Source: Octopus sinensis (taxonomy: Eukaryota). From it: a DNA stretch of 64,000 nt. The stretch spans positions 25,060,464-25,124,463 of the forward strand of contig NC_043011.1 in the NCBI RefSeq assembly GCF_006345805.1. The letters run 5' to 3'. The translations under genes were made by a program, and so were the position numbers. Positions 38,701 through 50,893 of the stretch are shown here, piece after piece. Each line of letters opens with the position of its first letter. The first letter of the stretch is position 1. The notes beneath the pieces were generated by a model, which was given only the letters and a program-made list of their open reading frames with translations, was not told where the DNA came from and did not search any database.

Positions 38701-41700
38701 AGGTAATGGAAGCAATCAACTACTTCTAGTTTTTCTCCCTGGAATGTAGCAGAAGTTGTTCTCTGCGCATTTTCAGTGTTTATTGCTCCTGAGCATCTGC
38801 CACATACAAAACCTATCTTCCTAGTTAGCCTTCCTTTGATATTGCTGCACCTCTTATGTGTCCATAGCTTACACTGGCTACAGCTTATAGAGTTTCTACC
38901 TATGCCTTTTCTCCAGATTGAACAGGGCCATCTACCTGAAGGGGTTTGTGGTTTGTCTACCTTCCTACTTATTAGGACTTTGGTTTTAGCTAGGTTGGGT
39001 AAATAAAAATCAGGATAACGAACATCAATAAATTTGAAGACAATATAAAATTGACTGCAGCATTTATTCCAACACTAAATGGAAATACAGCAACTAGCAT
39101 AACGTGAAAAATCTGTCAAATACATTACATAGTTTCAAAGTGTTTCTTGAAAATGAAGATGAACATTGGAAAAAAATGCTAAGCATTGCATCAAGAAATT
39201 CCTGCTACAGTTTTGCCCTTGCTGAAGCTACAAAGTGGAATAAACTGCTCTCATGTCAATCCAAACTCACCTCCCTAAGGAATAACCGGGGGGGGGGGGA
39301 AGCTTCCCTTAAATATCTGATGTAGGGACACTTGGCTAGTCTATCACATTAAGGGGTGGACAGCCCATGTAAAGCTAAATGGACTTGACCATCACATGAT
39401 GAGCCAAAATGGGTATCTAAAAGTAAAGAGGCAAAATGCAGATATCTAAAGGTAAAGAACAATCATGCTTCTGCTACACACCTTTCATAGTGTCTGGTAC
39501 TTTATGTAGTTGATATTAGTCAAATAAGGAAATAATTTTATATTGTTGCAAGTTAAATAAACACTTTGACTTTAGGTTTTAGAGAGGAGATTGAAGAAAA
39601 ATAGCACAATATAATTGGATAGCAATAAAGTTGTGTTGTGGTAAGAGAGAGAGAGAGAGAGGGAGAGCAGGTGATAGTAATGGATGTGGATGATGATAAC
39701 AGTGGTAAATATCAATGAAGTGTCACTTGGGGTAGAGATGGTTAGCAGAAAAGGGTGATGTTATTGAGTGCCGAATACAAACATATCCATTTCCATTCCT
39801 TTTTACTTGGGAATTGTTGTGGAAGAGAGGAGTTGAGACATAAAGTGATAAAGTGGGATGGTGAGAGAGAAGCAAAGTTGGGATGAAAGGTAGATTCAAT
39901 ATGAACAGTGACCTTATTTCACAGGTGATGTGGTACAGTGAATAGATTAGTGATAAATAAAGAACAAAGGGAGACTTAATAGGAATATATTTAACAAGAG
40001 ACCTAGTTATATATACCCCAACCTTCATCACCACCATCATTAATTTAATGACCATTTTGTTATGTTGGCATTAGTGGGAAAGTCCTCTCCAGTATCACAA
40101 GTCTCCTATTATGATTTTTTTTTTGTTGTCTCTTTCATGTTCAGTTTTTTCATTACTTTGTTTCCATGTCTTCCTACATCTCCAATATTTCTGAACAGGT
40201 TTCAACTTTGCTTTTTCTTTTTCTTCTCTCTTTTTCCAGGCCAAATGCACTTGATAATTTTGCCTTGCTCTCAGGACAGCTGAATTCATTGACACGATTA
40301 TTAAAAAGTGAAAAAATCCCACCTTTGAAGAATTATGTCTTACTACCACTTGCTCTTTCTCCAGATAAAGATCCAGAACTTGAAGTAACTTTTTAATGTT
40401 TCTAAATATTTGAAAGCAACTGTTCATCAAATATATGAATCTATAGTCTTGATTGATAGCTTCTTTCTTTTAATGTTATTTTTAACCCTCTGTTCTGAAA
40501 ATTTATTTCAAAATTTTACAAATGCCATACAAGAAATGTTTTGAACTCTGTTGTGAACATGTATGAAATACACTCTTGTAATTTAAACTAGTCATATCTA
40601 GCCCAAATATTTTACCAGTAGGTGTGATCCAGTCTCTCATACCTACCCTGCAATGTTATTCTAAAAATAAACAGTGACATCTTCAAAGTCTTGAAGCTAC
40701 AAGATACCACATGATTAATTTTTTAAAAATGTGGATAAATAAGCATTACATTTAATAAATTAATCTGAATGCTAAAGGGTTAGTTTGATTTGTAGAATAA
40801 TCACAAATTTGAAGGGATTTAATAAAAAACTAATTTCTTCATTATTAAGCTGTTGCTTGAACATAAACATGAACACAAGGTTCTTACATCGATTATGCTG
40901 GAAAATTTTAATTTAAACATGGATTTTATAAAGCAAAATGCTTCATATCATAGAAGGAAAAAAATAAATGCAGGTTAATTAACTTTTAGCACTATCCGAC
41001 TCGTGGCCGATGCCAGCACCGCCTCGACTGGCTTCCGTGCCGGTGGCACATAAAATACACCAATCCGACCGTGGCCGTTGCCAGCCTCACCTGGCACCTG
41101 TGCAGGTGGCACGTAAAAAGCACCCACTACACTCACGGAGTGGTTGGCGTTAGGAAGGGCATCCAGCTGTAGAAACATTGCCAGATTAGACTGCAGCCTT
41201 CTGGCTGCCCAGATCCCCGGTCGAACCGTCCAACCCATGCTAGCATGGAGAACGGACGTTAAACGATGATGATGATGATGGAGTTCTGTGATGCATGTAA
41301 CCTTTTAATCTGCAACACTAACTTCAGGAAGCCAGACAGCCACCTGATAACCTATCAATCAGGTGACTCTGCTAGCCAGATTGATTTCCTCTTCACTAGA
41401 CAGCGGGACGCAGGGTTGCTCTTAAATACAATGACCCTCCCGGGTGAAGAATGTACCCCCCCCCAGCAAAGACTAGTCATTACTGACTTTAGACTCAAGG
41501 CCAGAAGGATGCCAAGTGGCAGACCATTCCAGAAAAGAAGGATTTGGAAGCTAAAGAATCTTCCATAGGGTCAGAGATTTAAGGACATCCTCATAAGAAA
41601 TTTGATGAGAGGAAGGAGGAGCTACAGACCTCGGACATAGAAGGTAGCTGGAAATTCCTATTGAACAGCTTACTGAGTGGCACAGACCAGGTCTGCAGAT

Positions 41701-44700
41701 GGGTCAAAGTTCCTTCCAGATCTAGAGTAACGCATAAGAGGTGCAGCAACATCAAAGGAAGATTAACCGGGAAGATAGCTTTCATGTGCAGCAGATGCAC
41801 AGGGGCAATAAACACCAAAGACGCTCAGAAAATAGATTCCATCACATGCCAGTGGGAGAAACTAGATGTAGTTGATAGCTTCTGCTACCTAGGTGACCAA
41901 GTCTGTTGTGGGGGTGGATGCGCTGAGAGTGTTACCACTAGAATATGAATAGCTTGGGCAAAGTTCAGAAAGCTTCTACCCCTACTGGTGACAAAAGACC
42001 TCTCACTCAGTGTAAAAGGTAGATTGTACAATGCATGTGTGCAAACTGCCATGCTTCATGGCAGTGAAACATGGGCCGTGACTGCTGAAGACATGCGTAG
42101 GCTTGAAAGAAATGAAGCTAGCATGATCTGCTGGATGTGTAATTTGAGTGTACACACATGTCAGAGTGTAAGCGCCCTGAGAGAAATGTTGGATATAAGA
42201 AGCATCAGATGTGGCATGCAAGAGAGATGTTTGTGTTGGTATGGTCATGTACTACGGATGGATGAGGAGAGCTGTACCCTTCCTATTGACAATCCTCACC
42301 TGTTTCCAAGCAAAGTAATATTTCTCCATAGCCAGACATGTTTTCCATGGAAAGCTGGAAACAAACAATGTTGCTTATATGACAGTGATGCTCATTTACA
42401 ACCATCACATGATGTCAAGACAAGGGTATATGCAAATACACACACACACACACACACACAGTATGTAGGTACTAAATATAAACACTTCATCCAAACATAA
42501 ATTTTCTGTCTGCAGAATTTCTAGAAAGAAATTTCTTATATGTCTATCTAACTTGTAAAACTTTGTAATGTCTATTAGCAAATGAAACACATGTAAGCAT
42601 GACTATACGGTTGGATAGAAATTGCTCAGCAATATAAGAGTTTGTAACTTTTTTTTTCTGTTTTGTCTTTTGTAGAAACTAACTGAAGGCCGATTAATGA
42701 TTTTCAATCATGAAGTTGTTCCTGTATACCTACGAACCAAACCAGAACCTGAAGTTGAAGAGAAGTTCAATGAACTTACCTGTCGGTTAGGCCCTAGCAG
42801 CCATGATACAACACAGGTAAGATGAGAGCATGGTTGTTTTTGAAAAATAATGTTTTCTTTCTTTTTTTTCTTGTTTGTGTTTAGTATCAGTTTCTTTAAG
42901 AAATATACTTACTATATCTGTTCTTGTGTAAGTCACACTATTTTATATTTGATTTAAAAAAAAAAAAAACTGGGGTGCAACTCAGACATAGGGCAAAGCT
43001 AAAACTATGTAGGGAAAAAATTTTGTTCCAGGATTTAACTCTAAATTAGGGAGGCAACTTATTCACAAGAAAATTTGGTAACTTGTATTAATATATAATT
43101 ACTACAGTTAAGGCAGGAAGCTGGCAGAATCATTAGTACACTAGTCAAAATACTTAATGGTATTTCACCCGTCTTTATATTCTGAGTTCATATTCCGCCA
43201 AAGGCGACTTTGTCTTTCATCCTTTTGGGTCAAGAAAATAAGTACCAGTTGAGCACTAGGGTCGATGTAATAAGCTTCATCCCTCCCCCAATATTGCTGG
43301 CTTTGTGCCAAAATCTGAAACTAATATATAATTACTACAGTTAACTAGTACTAGCTACGTAGATCCCAGGCTTCATGAATAGGACTTCAATGCAATTTGC
43401 TTGACACAGAAAGAGCTGCAAACTCTAACCTCAAATATATTACTAATACATCATCAATTTTATGCCTTTGAAATCTACTGGCATTGTCATGATTAGAAAC
43501 TTAAATGGACTGGACATTTTCTCAAAACCTGTAAGAGTTTTTACAATTGAGTAGCTGATCGCAGCTTTGTGTTTTCAGTGAAGATACAATCAAGTTTAAT
43601 CTAACTTTTCATTCCAGCATATCAACAATTAGATCATATAAAATACATTTACTTAAATTGTCTCCTGTCATCTTATGACAAACATTCCTAGCAATAAAAT
43701 ACCAATTCTCAATACATCAACAAAGGAACTTCTACATTGTATTATGACTTGGTAACAATAGCAGCCAAATTCCCTTCAGATCATACATTACCATCTTAAA
43801 ATGGAAGGATACACTGGACAGTAGTTCTAGAAACATTGTCTGAAAAGATGATGTTATGATCATAGCTGGTTCATTTTCATTATAGATTTACTTCAGTAGG
43901 GCTGTCCTGGGGCAAAACCACAACAACATCAATTATATTCCAATCTTTCTTGTGGTTTTAAACATTATTGCGCCTGATACGGAATCCTTGACATAAGTCA
44001 ACATATTTTAGCTGTAAATCATTTTAACTTGCTTCAATAGTTTTGAGAAGCAGGTAAGATTTCCAATCAAAGGAATGTAAATTAGTGTACCATAACAGAT
44101 AATAACTAACTTAATTTCAACTTTTTTTTTTCTAGCTTGTCCATATCTTTTTTGATGCTTTATCATGGCATGAAATTTGGTTTCTTTAGATTCTCTATTA
44201 CTACTAACCCTACAATATATATATTTATATCCATATATATATATATACATATATATATAACAAAACAGGAAATTGGAAATTTTTTGATATTATTATTTTC
44301 TGTTCTCACTGTTGAATTGAAATCGAAATCAAATTCGATGACTGGCATCTGTGTTAGTGGAGCGCTAAGAGTACCAAACGAGTGAGATCGTTGCCAGAGC
44401 AACAAGCTAGCCTCCGTGCCGATGGCACATTAAAAACGCCGTTCGAGCGTGATCGTTACCTGCGTCGCCTTACTAGCACGTGCTGGTGGCATGTGAAAAA
44501 ACATTTGAGCGAGGTCGTTGCCAGTGCCGCCAACCACTCTGAGTGTAGAGGGTGCTTTTTACATGCCACCGGCACTGGTATCACAACTACAATTTCCATT
44601 TGATTTTCATTTTGATGTTGATGTATGTGACTCAGTAGGTCTCCTCAAGTACGGCATGTCGCCCTGCGACCCAAGGTGCTTTTGAGTGGGCTGGTTATGC

Positions 44701-45414
44701 GAAACTGGTGTAGGATAAAGCTGTGAACTCACTTTATTTGCCGGGTCTTCTCAGTCACAGAGGGTGTTTGTATTTAAGAACAACCCTGCATCTCGCTGTC
44801 TGGTGAGGATGAAATCAATCTGGCTAGCAGAGTCACCTGATTGATAGGTTATCAGATGGCTGTCTGGTTTCCTGAAGTTAGTGTTGCAGGTTAAAAGGTT
44901 ATGTGCATCACAGAATTCCAGTAGCCTAGTTCCCTCATCATTTTGGGAACAAATACCATGGCCTCCGTGTACCCCAGTGAAGGTACCAGATTGCTGCCCA
45001 ACATGCTCATTAAAATCTCCAGCCACAAAGATGATATCATTGCCACTCCTCTTTGAAGTAGCATGTAGAAGGGTATCATAAAAATGGTCCTTCTGATCAT
45101 CTGGTTGGCCCTCTTATGGAGCGTAGGCAGAGATAATTGAAGCTGTGCTGTTTTGTAGGACTAGCCTGAGCTTAAGTGTTGTCAAGGTATGTGGTAGTGA
45201 CCACATACCTTGACAACCTCTATAACTTTATCTACCCATTTCTCTGCAAGGAGTATGTTTACACTCCCACTCCATCCATGTTACCTTGCCAGAAGATTTT
45301 ATACCTATGTGCTTTGCCTGTGAGGACCCTAGCTGAAGCTCCTCTCCATCTTACCTCTTGTATACAGCATCTCTACAATCTCGCTAAACCTACCTTTACA
45401 TATATATATGTATG

Positions 45415-45458
<44 letters not shown>

Positions 45459-48169
45459 TATACACGTGTGTGTATGTATATATATATCTATTTATGTATA
45501 TATATATATATATCATTTAGCGTCCGCTTTCCATGCTAGCATGATATATATGTGTGTGTGTGTATATATCTATACGTATAAATTTGTCATGGGTAATTCT
45601 TTCTTGTCTTGGGATTCACGGTCAAACAGTTGGGTGGAATTGCATGAAAAATTACAGAGATGTGTAGAATGATCCGGTGGTGATGCTGGGCTTTGTATTT
45701 TTGCATAGCTCCCATGGTTACCAAGATAATCTACTATGATAATACTCTTGTGCTTATGAAAGAGAAAGGAAGGGGTGATATCATACTTGGTAGTGGGATG
45801 ATGCAAATTGTACACTGAAAAAATAAATCAAACAGCGTTTCAATTCTGTGAATATATGTGTGTGTATGTAAAAGGAATGGAAGTGGAATGCTTCATCTTT
45901 GTTTGCTTAGTATTTGGGTTTATTTTGCGATTTGGTTGAATCTTGGTTGGTTTTTTTGTTGGTTTTGACAAAAATGAGTCATTGTAAAATTGTTTTTTTA
46001 ATGTAAGTATGCCCAAACAAGTTGAATGCTTACACAGAGCAGGTTTTACAGCCACATCATCCAAACTGACCGGTGAAACCAGGCTTAGCTGCTAGTATAT
46101 GTATATATGTGTATATATACATATACACATCATCATCATTTAACGTTCGTTGTCCATGCTGGCATGGGTTGGACAGTTTGACTGTGCTAGCATGCTGGAA
46201 GGCTGCAGCAGACTCCAGTCTGATTTGGCATGGTTTTCTATGGCTGGATGCCCATCCTAATGCCAACCACTCTGAGAGTGTAATGGGTGCTTTTATGTGT
46301 CACTGGTGCTGTTTGCATGACACCAAGGTGCAATTGCATGCCAATTTGCATGACTCCAATATCTGCCATGACTACGATTTTGTGTGGTTTGATGGGTTTT
46401 CTCAACACAACATAATACCAAAGGTCATAGACATTGCCTCCATGAGGCCCAATACTCGAACGAAACTCGGCCACTTTGCCTCCATGAGACCCAACACTCA
46501 AATGGAACTCAACCACTTTACCTCCATGAGGCCCAACACTCAAAAGGAACTTAGCGACTTTGCCTCCGTGAGGCCCAACACATGAAAGGAACTCAGCCAC
46601 TTTGCTTCCATGAGGCCCAACGTTCAAAATATGTTCTTTATGTGCCACCAACACAGGTGCACTTGATCCAACCAAGCTCTCAATTCTGCATCAGTATTGA
46701 ATGAAACTCTGCGCACAGCATTTGAAAGAAGTGGAAATCTAGGGGTGCCAAATCAGGAGAGTACAGTGGGTGTGGCAGCACTTCCCAGCCATGTGTTTGA
46801 ATGGCTTCCTTGGTCATATTGGCGATATGTGGGCAGTTGTTGTCATGCAGCAGATGAACTCCATGCTGCCGATTAGGTCTTTTCTCTTGAGTCATTCCAT
46901 CTGTTGAACATAGAGTTCCACATTGACTGTTAGGTTCCGTTCAAGCAATTCATAATGGATAATCCCTTCCCAGTCTCACCATACACAACATTGTTTTACA
47001 TGGATAAAGATCTTGTTTCATGTACAGTGTCACTTGTTTACCAGGGCTAAGCCATTCCTTAGGCTGCTTCATATTGATGTACAGACACCATTTTTCGCCA
47101 CCAGTAACGATTCAGTAAAAAAATTCGTTGCTTGTGTCCATGAGTTGAGCTGTGATGAGCAAGCAAACCAGCAGAGATTGTGGCTCGTTGATTTTTGTTG
47201 TTGTCACTTAAAGCATGCAGAACCTATGCTCTATACTTCTGAACCTTTCCTATTGAGTGAAGATGCTTCTCTATAGCAGTGTGGGAGCATTTCATTTTCT
47301 CTGCCAGTTCCCTTGTCGTTTGACAAGAATTTTCGTGCAAAAGTTGGTTTAATCGCTCTTCATCAAACTCAACTGGGTGGCCAGAACAAGGTGCATCTTT
47401 GAGGTGAAAATTTCCATTTTTGAACTTGGCATACCAATCATGAGCAGTTCTTTCAGCTATGGCACCCTCTCCATACACAGCACAAATATCGCGAGCAGCT
47501 TTTGCAGCATTAGAACCTTGATTAAAAGCAAAAAGAAGGAGGTGTCGAAAATGCTCGTTTTTCTTAACTTGACATTCCATTGAAATCCCAAGCCACAAAG
47601 ATGAGATCATTGTCACTTGTCTTTGAGGTATGTATGTGTGTGTGTATGTATGTATGTATGTCAGCTCCTCCTTGTTTTCTAATTTTACTTTCTTCGGTCA
47701 AGAAATTCCAGTGGCATGGTTTTGATTAGGTTGGATCTTAACTTTCCAGGAAATGACCTACTCACTGTGGCCTTAAAGATATCCTCTACAGCACAGGTGA
47801 TATGTGACATGCAGGATCAGACAACAAAACTGCTACAGACTGCCATCAGCCTATGTATTGCTTGGGCTGTACCTTCTTAACTAGCCCATCAAGCATTACC
47901 CTCTTCTGCCAATTCAGCCAGTAAGATCATATGTCTTCATCCATTTGTTCTACCATTGGAGATTTGGGCCTTTTTTTTTTTTTTTTTTTTTTTTCCCAGT
48001 TATTCTTCTCTAGATCTACTTAGGTCAGACCCTCTGTATATCAGAAGTTGAGGCCTTTCCCTGAACATGACTGATTGCCTTAGTGTATAAGAACTAATAT
48101 CTGAGGGAAGGCTATATATTATGCATCATTTAATGAAGGGTGCTAAGAGTACTACTATACAGCCTTTGA

Positions 48170-48207
<38 letters not shown>

Positions 48208-50852
48208 CAATAATTGTGTTCTTCAGATAGAAAGGGGAGTAAATATATTTAAATGGAATTCTTATGTGAATTAATGGAAAGTAAAATAAAAATCAAAAAG
48301 TAGTTTTGAAAGCCTCAGATTATTGAATATAATAATAATAATACTAAATAGCAAATATATTTTTTCATTAGCTGGAATACTTGACATATACAAGGTACTG
48401 GGAATAAATATCTAAGATAATAGAAAAAAGGCTATTGGAAAAGTATGTGTATTATATACACCTGTTTTTTTTTTTTTTTTTTTTTTTTTTAACTGGTAGA
48501 AAGTTAGCAATAAAGTTTTGCAAGTTTATGTAAAAGGTACTTAGTGCTCATAATTATCATCGTTTAACATCTGCCTTCCATGCTGGCATGGGTGGGACAG
48601 TTTGACAAGAGCTGGCCTGACAAAAGCTTGCACCAGACTTCTGCAACTGTTTTGACAGAATTTTTACAGCTGGATGCCCTTCTTAACACCAGCCACTCAC
48701 ACAAAGTGGACTTAGTGCTTCTTACATGGCACAAGCACAGGCAAGGTAGTTTTGACAAGGTTTTTACAGCTGGATGCCCTTCCAAATGCTAACCAATTTA
48801 CAGTGTGGACTGGGTGCTTTTATGTAGCACCTACACTGACAGGGTTACCAAGTACTTGCAAGACCAAAAAAATCTCTTCGAGTGGGTGATGTTGTGTCAG
48901 ATGATGAAAGGTTATAGTGAGACAGAGAAACAGAAACAGGTGTCTTGTTGTAGAGGAGGTACAAGGTTACCCAGCTGGAGAGAGAAATCAGGAATGAAGG
49001 CAGAAATAGGTGTACTGCCACAAAGTAAATACATGGTACCCAACATGAGGGAAGTGCCGAACGAGAAGGAGAGAGAAAGTGGGAGACAGCAGGATAGAGA
49101 TGGTGGCAAAGTGTCAGGCATACTCACAAGAGACAGGGATCAGAATATAGAGGGGATAGTTGTGTAAAGGAAGAGAGAGATATAGATGGTGGCAAATGCC
49201 AGGGCATATTGAGGTTCGAATGCCATAATATAAGTGGCAGGGTATCGCAAAGGAACTGTAATTAAAGAGTGCAGAAGGTGGGGGTGATTGGCTAAAACCT
49301 GGTTATAGAAAGTCAATGGGCTATTGGATAGCAATGATAAAGAGGAGCAGGGCCATGAGGACGGGACTAGGGAGTGAGAGTTAGGCATAGTGTATGAAGG
49401 AAGAAATGTGAGGAAGAGAAGAGATGTAGAGGTGTAGATTGGTTTGTTGGGGTGGGGTTGTGAAAAGTTTTCTTGTTACATTTGGGTGGAACAGACAGGT
49501 TGGGGGCTAGCAGATAGCAATGATACAGTGATACAGGGCATGTGGGTGGAACACCCAGGTCAGGGGCTAGCGGAGAGCAATGGCACAGGGCCAAGAGGAC
49601 AGGATTGGAGAGTGGAAGGTAAGCATAGTGTAAGAAGAGGAAATGTAAGGAAGCAAGTGGATGGCAGACTTTGTAGAGCTTTGGACAAAATAGCTAGTGA
49701 TAACTAGTTACATGTCTTCACACTCTGTGTTTAAATCCTACCCTTTAAGTCCACATTGATAAAACACTGGCATTAATATAATACACTTACTCTTGAAGGG
49801 TATACCACCACAAGGTCCTGTTTTGGTTGGGTATGGTGGCTTGTATACTTCAATGACTTTGTGAGCTATTCCAGCAGAACACAGACACCTGGTATGGCCT
49901 CCCATAGTGGACAGGTCAATGGATAATGGCCAGATTAATATGGACCATATCTTCCCAATAATTGATTTGCATAGAGTTAACACTCCTATCTAAAAAAAAA
50001 AGTTATAGAAGCATTAGCAACAATTTAGAACCATCGAGATCTGGGTGAGTAAGGCCTTCTCTCACAGAAACATGATGTAGTAAAGGAACCAATATCGTGC
50101 ATTACATGTCAGGCCTTGAACCTGGAACCCATTAGAATGATGGAAGAGAGGATAGCCTAAAAATAACCGGAGGCAGGTTACTGAAGTAGAGCTAAAAAAA
50201 AAAGCAGAAATCAAACTGGAGAAGCTGAAAAAGACAGTCCAAAGTTGAGAACAGTGAAGAAATGTTGTCAATGGTCTACTCTCTATTGGGAATGAAGGGC
50301 TTAAATAAGTAGGATGATATATAGAAAATTGTCTCATTATTCCTGAATATTTAACTAAAGCCCTATTTTGATTCCTATTGCCGTAGATGTATTTATTTCT
50401 TTCCATATAACCCTTACTTGTCCAAACTGTGTAAATAAAACGAATGTTATTTCTTTACTGTATTTCTTTGCGGCAGCCGTACATGCTGTACAGCCAGGTA
50501 AGTTGTACTTATGTCCTATATGTTGTCTTAGTCATTGTCTGCTTGTGTCTTGTCTCCCATTCAACAGCAACAGGTCAACTATAAAACATTGACGTAAGTT
50601 GTTTAAAAAAAAGAAAAGAAAACCTCCTCTTGATCCAGACTTGCTGAACTAACATTACTCTCTCATATTGTGCATGCTTCTCAGATATTTGTACTGTTCT
50701 CTGTCCTCATTGTATCTTTCATTTCTTTCTTTATCTTCTTTGATGGTTTCTTATATTATGGCTAAAATGTTTCTCTAATTATACATTTCTATGTTAATAG
50801 AAGTCATTATGTGTCTTAACAGACACTTATGTAATTTCCCCATCCATATGTA

Positions 50853-50893
<41 letters not shown>

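Noticed and set aside
46434-46628. Regularly spaced repeats resembling a CRISPR array, and the 170-aa ORF 46073-46585
   Set aside because: The 'spacers' are similar to each other, so it is a 42-bp minisatellite. Eukaryotic intron, no cas genes.
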